Positions 34,708 to 47,897 of a stretch of DNA of 64,000 nt are shown one piece after another. The position numbers and the translations under genes are program-made. The notes beneath the pieces were generated by a model. It ran no database searches. It was not told where the DNA came from and worked only from the letters and a program-made list of their open reading frames with translations. Source of the DNA: Neodothiora populina (Eukaryota); contig NW_027191404.1 in the NCBI RefSeq assembly GCF_041146345.1, forward strand, positions 372,001 to 436,000, written 5' to 3'. Positions within the stretch are counted from its first letter, which is position 1. Every line of letters starts with the position of its first letter.

Positions 34708-36083
34708 TCATAGCTTCAAGGACTTATCAAAAACGTCTAGCGAGAAAGCCTCGTTCCTGAAGGTATCTGACCCTTCAGCGGCGGGGTATTTTCTTCGTGC
34801 TTCGACTTCGTCCTCGCGGATCTCCTCGTCATGAGTGATTACTGGGCTCTGAGGTAGCGCGGGTACGACTGCTACGCTACTTCGACTGCTTGCTGGGCTG
34901 AGGTTCTCGCCTTCTGAGGAGTCGGTCAGGTCTATGCTTGGCGGTCGTGAGACATCGCGGCTGACGAGCACGCGAGCGGTAAAAAATCCTTTGACACCGT
35001 TCGATAGCCAGATGATCTCACCACGCCGCAAGGAATCGATAGGGACGTAGCCGACGTAACAGAGACCGTGTTCGATGGCCCATCGTCGCGTCGTGCCTTG
35101 CTGACCTCCGCAATCGTTATGCGGTGTCACCCATTTGCCGTCACGGTGGAAATAAGGGGTCGTTATGCTGCCGTCCATGATGAAGTTGTCCTTGTTGTAA
35201 AGTAAAACTTCCTTGGCGTCTTGGTAACTCTGGATGCCTGCGCAATGCCGTGCGTAGTTGTACATTGTCCGGTAATACGTCTTGTCCCGCGTATATGCCG
35301 TGTTTCGCGTAGGTAAGACGTCGAGGACGACTTTGAAAATCGGTTTCGTCGTGCCCGCGGAGTGAGATTGCTTGTTCAACTCGAAAGTTTCGGGAAACAA
35401 CAATGCAGGTTTCGGCGATAGGATTGGGTCTATGCCGAACTCGACCTTTCCGTTGTGTCGAAGACATACGCGGACCTGTTGATAACGTCAGACACCACTG
35501 ACGGTAGCGACAGAGTTCGGACACGCGAGTAAGATCGGCAAGTGGTCAAGAGTCATGTTCCTGCGCAAAGTGGCAAAAATCTACGGAAGCGATTGGCTGG
35601 AAAAAATGCACCGAATGATGAAATACACCAATAGGGATTCAAGGGGAAATATGCAAAGAATCGAGTCTGCATCAGATATTCGCACGCATGTCGCCGTGAC
35701 AAGTAACAAGAGAGGGGGTGGAACAAGATGTGGGGAAAGTGCATGTGTACATGTGGACTTACCTTGAATGGGCACTTGTTACCGGATTTCCTTTTGTGTT
35801 CGGCCACGGCTTTTTCAACGCGGTTAAACAGTTCGACAGGACCTTTCAGGGTTTTGTCCATGTTGTACCACCCAAGGTGATCGGCAGCGCATATCAGTCG
35901 TTCGTAGTGATACTTCATGAGATATGCAGAGACACTGGCATCCGGACAGTTGGTACACGGGGGGTTGTGCGCCTTTCCGCTGTTGAACGAGTTTCGCTTG
36001 ATGGGGCCGGATTTGAGGTTGCCAGCGTCGTAGCGCATCGAGGTGAAGACATATTGCTCGGCTATGGGGATTTCCTCCAGCAT
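34708..36083 (-). CDS. Aminotransferase class IV / aminodeoxychorismate lyase (Abz2-like)
   Basis: FTSMRYD, YHYERL, KTYYRTMYNYAR, EVLLYN, DGSITTPYF, GTTRRWA, LSNGVKGF. One intron of about 280 nt (about 35478-35762). Confidence 0.8.
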
Positions 36084-37401
36084 GGTTGTTTATGTCGTAT
36101 CAATGAAACTGGATAAGTGTATTGTTAAGCTGTAGATGAAAAAGAAAATATGTGCAGAGTGGAGACTGGATTGATGGCAAGTAGTCCGAGTTTCAAATTG
36201 CATCAAGCATCGCTGGTGGTGCGAGAGTAGTCGCGGAGAAGATGACTAGCAGTGTTGTATATCATGCAGGAGAAGGGTGTAGGGACGGGGCCATCTTAAG
36301 AGCGCCCTGAAAGGCGGTCGCGCGCACCTGATATACCAGGTGGGATGAGTTGCGTGATGTTTCTCGAGGAAAAGAGATGTCAATAGCGGCGCCAGGCAGG
36401 CTGGAGAAATGACAGGAATTATGTAGGGGCGAAGCGGGTTAACAATCGGGTGGAACGGGGCGATGGATTTGTGTCGCTTTCGCACAAGCGCGAGCAGCGA
36501 TAGGCCCAACCGGCGGTACGACGAGACGCTGATGAACGCCCGCAACGCAGTCCAGCCAAATACCCTCGCCGTTCTACCCGACTTCTTGTTCCGACTGACC
36601 AATCTTGGCAGATGTCTAGAAACACGGAGAAGACAAAACGTTGGATATATTAAAGCATGACGGCAGAGTGCAGGATTATTGGGAGTCCAAGAACAATCGG
36701 GAGATCTCAGGTCTAGCTATTTGATCTACTGTACTCTCTCCATAAGTCGCTAATTAGTCAGGCTTTGCATGCAGTATCGGTGAAGCGAGGGTGCTTGTCT
36801 TGTCGAAGCTGTTGAACATGGCGATCATCAGGTAATCAGCTAGCTGGCTGTGGCAACGTGCAACAACAACAAACCCGTCCGCGGCGCCGGAAGTGTCAGG
36901 AAATAACTTGCTCCGGTTATTACATGAGACGGAAGCAGCACAGCAGCAGGATGGACGATGATGATGATGATGAATTGTGAAACCGAACAGACTACAAGTA
37001 CGTAAGGCAGGAATACCGCGGTGACAGCCTGCTACAGTGTTCCCCGTTAAACCGTAGCGGTGTCGCAACGGGAGCTCGGATCATGATATCAGCGAGGGTG
37101 GAAACCATCTCGATACAGACAAAGTTGATGGTCAGTGTCCAGGGAGATCCTGAGCAACCTTGAACTGCAATTGGCGACGGCGAGGTGTGGAGCAAAGTCG
37201 CGCGTCACAAGGCTTGGCATGAGGCGACGGTCACGGAACGGACCTCGCTGGACACCTCATGATCGTCTATGCCATGTGAGGCATCGACTCGGTCTCGGGG
37301 AGAGCGAGAGACAGAAGAAGAGAGAGTCACGAGGATGATCAGGCAACCACCAACGACAGTAGGTCAGAATCATGAAGGTGCACAACTGGGCTCATTGAAT
37401 A

Positions 37402-37431
37402 GAATCTGAATCTGAATCTGAATCTGAATCT
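37402..37431 (+). repeat. (GAATCT)5 microsatellite
   Basis: Five perfect hexamer copies between the ABZ2-like gene and TOM70. Confidence 0.95.
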
Positions 37432-37759
37432 GGGTCTGAGCCATACTCAGCTTTACTTCTGCACAGTAGAGAGAATACTGCATGTCTCCGTACAAGATAT
37501 CAGGTCAAAGGTCACCAACTCAAGCACAAGCTTTCACAGCACAGCTTCAAAATCAGAAGATTATTATATCCGTGCCTTCGTCATACAGTAACAGTCCCGT
37601 CGCGCACCCGTTCACACTTATCGGCACCAACACCATAATTTTTTTCCCCCATCGTTGCGCACAGCATCTCTGAAGCCGCAACTGCCGCAAGGAAACAGAG
37701 TGTTGTATACTTTTTCTTGTAAAATAGCTGCATCGGGCAGACTCCAGCAGTGATCGATC

Positions 37760-39790
37760 ATGCCTGCCTTGCCACAGTCCGGTGTTGACCAGGTGAAAGT
37801 CACACTTGAGCCGACATCGTCATCACTATTCGATCGCATCAGCAATTGGGCATCTGAGCACAAGGGCGCCGTCTATACCATTGCCGGTGCCACGTTAGTC
37901 GTCAGCGCCGCCGGTGTTGTATATTATCTGTCGGACTCGACACCCAAACTCACTCCGGACGAGGCTGCCGAGAGGAAGAAGGCGAGAAAGCAGAGGAAGG
38001 CGGCCAAGAAGCATGCTGGCGCTCAGGCAGAGGCTGCTCCGGCAGAGAAGAGCGAAGCAGGTGGGTTTTGATCTTTGATCTTTGATGAGTCGCTCTCGAT
38101 GCTGATTGGTCTTCGTTTCCTTCTCACAGCCAAGCCAGCGGCAGCAGCACAGGCATCGGTAGAGGCAGAAGATGAGCTCCCGCAAGTCACAGAGTCCAGC
38201 GTGACCTCGTTGTCTGAGCAGCAAAGGAAAGACTACGCTGCCAAATTGAAGGCGGCCGGCAACAAGGCCTACGGCTCAAAAGACTACAACCGCGCAATTG
38301 ACCTTTACGGGCAGGCCATCCTGTGCAAGGCGGATCCTGTTTTCTACTCTAACCGCGCCGCTTGCTACAATGCCATGTCTGACTGGGAGAAGGTCATCGA
38401 AGACACCACTGCCGCCATCCAGCTCGACCCGGAATACGTCAAGGCTCTGAACAGACGGGCGAACGCTTACGAGCAGTCGGAGAAGTACAGCGAGGCTCTC
38501 CTCGACTACACGGCCAGCTGCATCATCGACGGCTTCCGCAACGACACCAGCGCCCAGGCCGTCGAGCGTCTTCTGAAGAAGGTCGCCGAGTCAAAGGCTG
38601 CCGCCATTCTCAAGGCCAAGGACAAGAAGCTCCCCAGCCCTACTTTCATCTCCAACTACCTCCAGAGCTTCCGACCCAAGGACGCGCCGGCTGCTCTCTC
38701 AGACTCGGCCGATCTGCCAGCCGAGAGCGGCAAGTGGTACCTCCGCAAGGGTCTGCAGGCCATGCAAGTCCGCACCGGAGACGCCTACGCCGAGGCCAAC
38801 TCGTCCTTCGAGAAGGCCATCGAGGTCGGCGACCTTGGTGAATCTGAGGGCTACGCCTACAACATGCGCGGAACCTTCCACTACCTCCGCGGCGACGCCG
38901 ATGCCATTGACGACATCAACAAGGCCATTGAGCTTGACCCTGCCCTGATCCAGTCCTACGTCAAGCGCGCCAGCATGCACCTCGAGGGCGGCCGTCGCGG
39001 AGAGGCCAGCGCCGACTTCGAGACCGCCCTGACCCAGGACGACAAGGATCCCGACATCTACTACCACCGCGCACAGCTGCACTTCATCCTGTCCGAGTTC
39101 GGCGAGGCCGCCAAGGACTACCAAAAGTCCATCGATCTCGACCCCTCGTTCATCTTCTCGCACATCCAGCTCGGCGTCACACAATACAAGATGGGCAGCG
39201 TGGCCTCGTCCATGGCCACCTTCCGCCGCTGCATGAAGAACTTCGAGACCGTGCCCGACGTCTACAACTACTACGGCGAGCTCCTGCTCGACCAGCAAAA
39301 GTACCAAGAAGCCGTCGAGAAATTCGACCGCGCCGTCGAAATGGAGCAAAAGGAGCGCGTGACCGGCATGAACGTGCTGCCGCTGATCAACAAGGCGCTC
39401 GCCCTCTTCCAATGGAAGCAGGACTTCACCGCCGCCGAGGACCTCTGCCAAAAGGCTCTCATCATCGACCCCGAATGCGACATCGCCGTCGCCACCATGG
39501 CTCAGCTGCTGCTGCAGCAGGGCAAGGTCACCGATGCGCTGACGTACTTTGAGCGCGCCGCAGAGCTCAGCAGGACCGAGGGCGAGATCGTCAATGCGCT
39601 GAGCTATGCTGAGGCCACTAGGACGCAACTCGAGGTAAGTCTTTCTTTTTCTTTTGTTTCAAGCTCTATCATTCTGCCGAGAAAGCATTCTAAATCGTTT
39701 CTGTCGCAACAGGTCCAAGAAAAGTATCCCCAACTCGCCTCTCGTCTCTCGGGCATGGGCGCCGGAGGCCCCCCGGGAATGATGAGGTAA
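37760..39790 (+). CDS. TOM70: Mitochondrial import receptor Tom70
   Basis: N-terminal anchor ([20 protein letters not shown]), basic linker, TPR repeats ([18 protein letters not shown]). Introns about 38061-38129 and 39634-39711. Confidence 0.96.
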
Positions 39791-40336
39791 ATCAAAAATC
39801 GGGGAAAAGATGCACGAGTCGAATGCCTAAAGCGCCCGATGAGAGCAAAGAAGAAGCAGCACCATACACTTGCGAGGAGGGCGACAGACGTGGACCGGGA
39901 GGAGAAGGAGATGGGAAAATACTTGTAAGATTGTAGAAGACGAAAAGGCGGCAGCAGCGACAGAAGAGGAGAGGTTCTGCCCGCAGTCGTGTTGTGTGCG
40001 AGAGCAAAAGAACGAAAGAGGGAGATGCAGAGAATATAACTGTCAATACATTACCACTCGACACCAAAACCATATATCCTTTCTTTATGAAACTTTTGTC
40101 GCTGGAGGGCCCGTGGAAACACTCTGATGAGCGAGTACATCTGTCATCCAAAAGAAAGGTGAAGAAGCAAAAACAATAGCAACAGCGGTGAGAAAGATGT
40201 CTTCTGTCGCTCATACACACACGCGCTATATAACGGCTTCTCCTAACCTTTACTCTCTCCTTCGCAGTCACTCCCTCCCTCTCATGCGACTGCCATTATT
40301 TCGACATCGAAACTCGAAACCAGTCTCAAAGAAAAT

Positions 40337-43230
40337 CTACGACCCTTGAGCGAGTTGCACGATGAGACTCGCCGCAACGTCCATGAACGGGAACGGACTG
40401 GAAATGTCCTTTTCGTCAGTGGCTCTGCCGGCGCCCATGAAGCCCTCGTCCAAATCCTCATCGTCGGCGTCCGAGTCTTCGTTGCGCCATTCGTCTCTGT
40501 CGTTGGTCTTCTGCCCGTCGTCTCCATTATAATTGCTCGCATTATGACCATCGCCGCTTTCGCCGCCGCTGCTGCCGGACTGATGGCGGACCTCTCGCCG
40601 TAAGCGTCGCACGAGGCGTTCGTAGCCCGCACACTTGAAGTCGACCATGTAGCTGTCCGCCTCTATACAATACAGCTGAATGGTCACGTAGACCCACACG
40701 CTCTCGTCCGGATTGGGATAGTTGTGGCTTCCGAAGCTGTTGCTGGCCCCACGGCGGAAGGAAGAGCCGCCCGTCGAACCCACAGAGCCGGGAAAGCCAT
40801 CTTTGCCGCCACCAGCGCTGGTGCCTGTGCTGGTGCCTGTACTCGTGCCTGTGGCTACATTGTCTGTCGATGCGGATGCGGATCCATGGCTGCTGACTGC
40901 CGTAAGGGGAGGCGTCGATGCTGCAGGGGAAGCGTTGAGAGAGGCAGATGAACCCATTGTTGAGGAACGTCTGCGGCCGGCTTCGCTGAGGTCGACGCGT
41001 GACGAGTGGGCTGAAGATGGGTGCATGACGCCTGGAGGAAACATACCGTCCTTGCGGAAACGTGCATTGATGACCCAAGGATCTCCCGGGATATGGTAGC
41101 CCCAATCATTTCTGGGTCCGTGGCGTTCTCGTCCGCGCTGTTCACGACGTCTCTGCGCATTGCTGCTGCGATGGCCACTGTTCCGAGATGGATCAGACGT
41201 GGAAGGGTCCGGACCCTGACCATCCGAAGACGACGCCGACGCTGTCCTGGAATGGCGAGCCTTGCGCGCGGCGCGCTCTTCCTGCGTCGCGTACTCGGGA
41301 TCTGTTCCACTGGCTGGATCAGAGTCCGAGTATTCAGGACTCTGCGAACCTTCCCTTTCCTCTCGACGCGATGTGCGTCGGTCGCGTTTGCTCTCTCGCT
41401 CGGGGCTTTCATCCCCGGAATTGCCGGGTCTTCGCGGTCGTGGACATTCCCACACAGCGCCCATGGCCTTGAGAGCCTTGTAGATGGCGAGCATGGCTTC
41501 AGACGGGCTGTTGCGTGAGCGAATACCAAATTGCCACTTGGACGGTTTTGGCTTCTTGACGACTTCTCGGGGCGGTAGTGGAGTCATCATCTCCGGCTTG
41601 TCACGGCCAGCCATGGGGTTGATTCTGGACTGGGGTTTCAATCGGCGCAGAGCCGCGACACGCTGATCGTCGTCGAGAGGGTGATCCGAGACGGCAAAAT
41701 CGGGATGACTGTCGGCCACGGGCACCTGACCCTTCATGAAAGCCTCGTGGAATCCGGGAAGAGAGGATGGCAAGATGCCTATCGTAGTCGTGGGAGGGCG
41801 AACTTCGTGATTCGAGCTCGTAGACCCGTGACGGGGATGCTCGACATTCTGCGAGACAGGCGTGGCACCTGTCGAAGGGCGACTAGTGGGCGGAGTCGCG
41901 AGCTTGGTGGTGAAAGTCGGAGGAGATTGCGCAAGCCAAGGTTGAAGATCTGGATTAGAAGCAAGAGATGCTAGGTCAATAGTCAGTTCAAGAGAAAAGG
42001 GGACGAAACGAAATCCAAGGACCTACGGTTTGCTTTCATGATTGTGTTCTCCCTGACGATGAGGTAGGCGTCCTTGATGGCGCTGGGCTCATCCTTGGCG
42101 AGGGCTTCTTGCACATCGTCCTTGGCGTATCCCATTGTCTTGCCGAGTTTGCTCACGACATTGTCATGCAGTTTCTCCTTGACGACGGCGGGCTTGTTGG
42201 GTGCGAGCTTGTTGGGGTCGATGGCCTTGTTCGGGTCAACGCCGGTGTCGAGGAACTCTTCGACGGGCGGCTCCAGGTAGTCGGGGATGTCCTTTGTGAA
42301 CCAAGGATCTTGTCGAATCTCCTCGATGGTGATTCTGGTGACGGGGCTGACTTGCAGCATGCGCTTGATGAGTCTGGCAGCGCCAGAAGATATGTAATTG
42401 GGCATGTGGTATGTACCTGACTGGATCTTCTTGAAGAGAGTTGGGATGTACTCGTCGTCGAAAGGCAGGCGTGCGCAGAGCAGAACATAGAGGATGACGC
42501 CACAACTCCAAACGTCGACTTCTGGACCAGCATACAGCTTTCCTCCGACAACTTCGGGGGCGGCGTAGTTGGGACTGCCACAGCTGGTCTTGAGGAAATT
42601 GCCGTCGGTCATGATGTTGCTCAGACCAAAATCGGCAATCTTGACATTCAGAGCGTCGTCGAGCAGCAGGTTCTCAGGCTTCAGGTCTCGGTGGACAATC
42701 TTGTGCCTGTGGCAATACTCGACGGCGCAGACAATCTGCTGGAAGAACTTGCGGGCCTGCTCTTCTCGTAGTTTGCCATGGTCGAGGATGTACTGGAACA
42801 GCTCTCCGCCGGCATACTCGAGGACCATGATGATCTCCTTGGGGGTGGTGATGACGGTGTACAGCTTGATGATGTGCGGATGTCTCAGCAGTTGCAGGTA
42901 TTGGATCTCGCGCTCGATGCGACCCGCCATGTCGCGGGTGACGAGCTTCTGTCTCGAGATGATTTTCAGGGCGACCTTCTGGCCGCTGACTTTGTGTACG
43001 GCAAGCTTGACCTTGCCAAAGGAACCTTCTCCCAGTGTCCTGACGATGTCATATTGCCCCAGTCTCGTCTTCATTCTGGTCTGGCCGTGTGAGGATCGTG
43101 GTACCTGACCCATCGGATTGGGTGCCTGAGGAGGGCGGGTGTCCGAGTCTTCTCTTGTGTTGGCGGGTCTGCGAGCATGAGAGGTTGTCATGGACAGGGA
43201 GAGATCGTCATCGTCAAAGGCGGACGCCAT
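40337..43230 (-). CDS. SNF1: Snf1/AMPK catalytic subunit
   Basis: LGEGSFGKVK, HRDLKPEN, DGNFLKTSCGSPNYAAPE, KWQFGIRSRN, C-terminal SPFPFMDVA. One intron near 41971-42026. Confidence 0.97.
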
Positions 43231-43276
43231 GGTGGATCGACTCTACCCAGCGGTGGGGGCGGAGGTGGTGATGGGA

Positions 43277-43300
43277 AAGACCAAGACCAAGACCAAGACC
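43277..43300 (+). repeat. (AAGACC)4 microsatellite in the SNF1 5' leader
   Basis: Four perfect copies about 50 bp upstream of the SNF1 ATG. Confidence 0.9.
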
Positions 43301-43787
43301 AATGGGGCTCCAGGGCGGTCTCTTGCACGACGTGCCTGAGAAAGAATGAGCCGAGGATGCGAGTGCTGGGAAATTGAGCGGGTAGTGGGGCTGGAAGATG
43401 TCGGCAGCGACTCGCGAGACAATGGACAAAGGGATTCGGGGTCAGGTTTCGGCTACTGCGATGCGATGGAGCTATCGGCCGGGAATGGCGTCGAGTGGAT
43501 TGTGGAGAGGAAGGCGACACTTGATGATGCCCAATGCGAACAATGCTTGATGCTTGATGCCTGGCCTCTGATGCTGCTCGGTACTCGGTGCTCGATGCTG
43601 TTTGCTGATGACTCGTATCGTGTATCTTGTGGCTTTCGTGATGATTTCCTCTGATCTGCGCGATCGCTGTATGCCTAAGCTGCAGGGTCAGACTCTTGTT
43701 GTGGGCTTATGCAACACTTGAGAGTTGGTTGCGTGACAGAGTCAGAGTCAGAGTCGTTAGTGATGCAGGGCACGTGTATTGGATCCC

Positions 43788-43803
43788 GGGGGGGGGGGGG
43801 GGG
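43788..43803 (+). repeat. G16 homopolymer
   Basis: 16 consecutive G. Confidence 0.9.
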
Positions 43804-44418
43804 ATATACAACAAGTGGCCGAAGTGCAGCAGAGCCGGGCGCTTTGGATTGGGCGACAACAGATGGAAACAGCTGTGGTTTGAAATGTGGCTTGGAGGAA
43901 AATGATGGAGATGGTGTTGGTCGAATGTAGTTGTGGTTTGCGATGGCTCAATACTGCCTGTGGTGCAGTGATCGAGTCACTTTCCAAACGGGCATGTGCA
44001 GCCTGTTCCTGCAGCTTTTGGGCTTTTTTCTGTCGATTGGTCGACTGAAGGATGGACTGATGTCGTGCTGCTCTGAGACAGGAAGGATGTCGCTCTATCA
44101 TGTAAGGTACCTTGAGGTGACTTGCTCTCGACGCCGTTGCGCAGCACTCAACGAGATCAGATCAATATTGAAAGTACAGGGACAACAGCAGCAGCAGCTA
44201 GAGAACAGACAAGTGTGTCAGCAGGTGAGGTCGTTGGCCTTGTCTCTGATCTCGATATATCGTGTGCGTCTGCAGAACGACCGACCGATAGATAGCAACA
44301 GTGCAATCTAACGACACCTTTTCTGTCTATCTCACTCTCTCTACTTGCTCTGCATACCGTACTGCTGCAGAGGCGCTGGCTTGGACTCTGGACGCTGGAA
44401 TTTCGGGCTCGTGCTTTC

Positions 44419-44453
44419 GTGCTTGTGCTTGTGCTTGTGCTTGTGCTTGTGCT
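44419..44453 (+). repeat. (GTGCTT)5+ microsatellite
   Basis: Five full copies plus a partial copy. Confidence 0.95.
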
Positions 44454-46125
44454 AGAGCGGGGGTGAAAAGAGTGGAATGACGTCCGGCAAGTCAACCGAC
44501 GTCAACCATACAAGTACCTGACCTTACTTTACCTAAGGTAGAGACCTACCTCACTTGGTCCGCAGCAAGGTACATGACTATAGAGTACTGCGCCACATTA
44601 AACTGTGTCTGCGGGCCGCCAGACTGCTAGGTATACAAGTATGGTATACCTTCTCCTCCCCATCCATATTACATTTCCTGGACATGCCCGAATGCACTGT
44701 CGCTGGATCTACCTCTAGCGACGCACATGCTGTACGGATTTACCGTCAGAACCTTCCGCTTACTGTAGTTCCCCGCTCATCCGTTCACCATCAGACCAGC
44801 ACAAAAGAAAGAGGACATCATTTGTTTGTTTGATGTGACTACGGGGTATTTGAGCTACCGAATAACAGGTACCATACTATACTTTTCATGCATCACATCC
44901 ACGCTTTCTGCACTTGTACCAGACCACCCTTTTGTTCCTACAGGTACTGTACTTCATTCTCCCGACTGCTCTGTGCTCTGTGCTTTTGCTGAGGATTCGA
45001 AATGTGGAGGCATCAAGCGGGGCAACCTGGCCTGAGCACGCGACCGGGCCTTTCGAGTAAAGGTCTTTGTACAGTACAGTACACGAATGTCGACACTTCG
45101 AGAATCACCTTGCCTCAGCGTCAACATATTCCCGATGGCGTGTTTTCTTCGTATCAACCATGCTGTGAACATCATGTGTCGCTGTGGTATCACATTACCG
45201 ATACATAATACATAGGCATGAATACTGCCCCTTGCCGCGGATGCTGTCGTATCTCGCAACAGTCGCATGACTACCTTACGTCGAGGACGCCCACATCCGC
45301 GTGTGCCCGGCTTCCTTGTTGAGAATCAAGACAATGCAAAGCAAAGCACCGCGGCAAGGCAGATGTACGCGAGCATGGACTAGTACCGGAGCAGCATCAC
45401 ATCGCCTTGCATCAGGGTAAGGTAGGTAGCCTGCAGGTCAGGCACGCCGAGCTAGCTCACCATGGGCACACATGCACAATCGCACACCCTGCATCTCTAG
45501 TAGGGGGCGCTATCATGAGACCGCTAGCACAGTACTGTACTTGTATCACAATCCATCCCGAGTTTCACAACCCCTGATCTAGAACATTCGTCCACAATGG
45601 TGGTGGTAGTTTGACATCCTTATCCAATTGAAAAGCATCTTCGACGCAGACTGCTGAGCTATCCTACTTGTCTGCAAATCCGCAGTGCTGAGATACAGTA
45701 CTTCCCAGTCCGCATATTGTTGTGACTTCCAGTCACCTCGAAGGCAGCAATGCTCTAGTGCAAACCTTGCTCCTTCCGACATGCTGACAGCTTGTGACAG
45801 CTCTTGGCTCAAATCTCTCGCGATAGACTTGATATGCATGAATCAATTGTTGCCAAGTCGCACATATCAGCCCGATCGCAGCTATCACACCTCTGTCGGG
45901 TCATCGATCAGGAAGACGATTTCTTCAGCTGCTGAGTAGATTTCAAATCTGCCCTCCTTGTTGTAATCCTAGTCATACTTTCATGCAGCAGGCTCAACAC
46001 AGTCGTGACCCTCCACTTCTTCACACCATAATTGGACGACTCATATTCGACTCGGTATGCTCTTCCGCGTATTCTTTCACTTCTCATACAAGTCCTATCT
46101 TACACTCCCCGCAAGTGCTCTGTGG

Positions 46126-46969
46126 CTACTTGCTTCCTTCAGCTTCGAGTTGTTTCAGTCGTTCGATCAGTTTGGTGCGAAGGTAGCTAGACAAGCCCAG
46201 TCTGTATCATGTTTGTCAGCCTTTCGTCACATCATCAGATTCACTCCTGCAGCGCCACGCCGACTTACATGCCCTCCCTTGTGACGATCCGATATGTGCC
46301 ACTTTCTTGGTACCCTCCGTTCTCGCCAACGAAGTTGCCAATGCTGTCCACCTCCAAGCTCCCGAAGATGTCCTCTGGCCAGGCCGTCCTTCCGTAGTCA
46401 GGTGGGTTTCTCTGATCGCTGACATGGATGTATCCTCCTCTACCCGCACCACCGGCACCGCCTTGCGAGCTCGCACCACCCGCTCCGTCGCCGCCGGTGC
46501 CACCGCCTCCACCACGGACGACGCTCTTGCGCTTCTTGGTCCGTTGGTGTTGCTGCGGGAAAAACACCCCTCCGCTACCGAGAGAGGCGCCGGCTGTGCT
46601 GGCATAGGCCCCTGCCTGTGCAATGACATCTGGGTCTTTGGTTGCGTTTTCTTTGATTACTGAATGCAGGATGCGCAGGAAATTGTGGTTCTCTTCTAGC
46701 GAGTCGGGAGTCGGTGAGACCTGGGTTGTCGTGCCGATCGCAAGGGCGCCATTTGGAGGTGATGTCGATAACAACGAGAGAGTGTGTGTTGTCGGCGATT
46801 GCGAGTGCACATACTTTTATTCGATCATGTGGTTAACACATTGTCGATGTCCTTGACCCTGCTATGGCACACTCACTATGTATGGGTTGTTCGGTAGCGT
46901 GGATACTGCTCTGCGGTATATCGACGAAATTCGCGAGGCGGCCCGCCATTGATGATGTGTTAACAGCAT
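46126..46969 (-). CDS. Conserved fungal hypothetical protein, presequence-like N-terminus
   Basis: Three-exon model: MLLTHHQWRAASRISS... / ...GGAGRGGYIHVSDQRNPPDYGRTAWPEDIFGSLEVD...SGTYRIVTREG / ILGLSSYLRTKLIERLK. Canonical splice sites. Confidence 0.8.
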
Positions 46970-47897
46970 GTTGCGGTAGGTTTGTGATGCGAGTGATATA
47001 AGATGGTATTATCCAAGGCTACGAAAGATATTCCAAACATAAACCTCGAACATTATTTGTTCAGTAAATCCGAGGTTCATTGGACGTGAAGCTCTGGCCA
47101 CCAAGGATTTGCTTCTATGACGTTTCCTTTCTTCATTCCGTTTATCAAAGGCGTAAAGAGCTTTATGCCCGCTGTGCGCAAAGTGACCGAGGTTGCCCTG
47201 CTCGAGCAGTTCTTTGTTCTCGCAATTGATATATTGTGTTTGATAGTATTATACATGTTCTCTTCACAGATAACATCAAGGGAACGACACGCAAGTCAGC
47301 ACCAAAGGTCAAACGAAGATTAAGAATTGAAAAGGCACTAGGTCAAATAAAGTCCGAAGCCGAACAGACGCTACGGCTGAAGACGACAGCAGACCATACC
47401 ACAAATGTCCGCCCATCTCGACCCGGGCCGACCAGAAAAGAGCTTCTACGGTTCAGTCTTCTGATAAATCCCCCCACGGCCGAAATCGCATCCGTTGAGC
47501 CAACCAAACCTGTGCTGCAGAGCCGATCCAACTCAATCAACGGCTCCTCTCTGGAACAAACGCACCTTAGCCAGCCTGCCAAAAAAGCTTACTGTGGTGG
47601 AAATAATGTGTTTCTGTTGATCGTATGGATGTGCGTTTGCAGTAATCTGCTCAATAAATTCTACCCGTGACTCATTACTTCTTGCTCGAGCACACAACTG
47701 TAATGGTCTGATTTGTTTTCTTGATCGACGTAATGTTGTAATCGATAGTTTTACCCTTCACATCTCTCGTGCTCGTATTGTGTTGGCCGTCCATCTTTTC
47801 ACGAAGGCAGATTGACTCGTTTCTCGGGGTTCGAGTGGCTTTTTATCTGATCAAGCGATAAGCGAGACCCTACGTCCGTACTCGATCGGTGTTGGAC

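Noticed and set aside
38699..39628. 309-aa antisense ORF within TOM70
   Set aside because: Shadow ORF caused by strong C/G third-position bias on the sense strand; no motifs. The same applies to antisense ORFs over SNF1, RSM24, MED1 and OSH3.
47236..47670. 144-aa ORF in a bidirectional promoter
   Set aside because: Non-ATG start with no domain or splice support; treated as chance, though not excluded.
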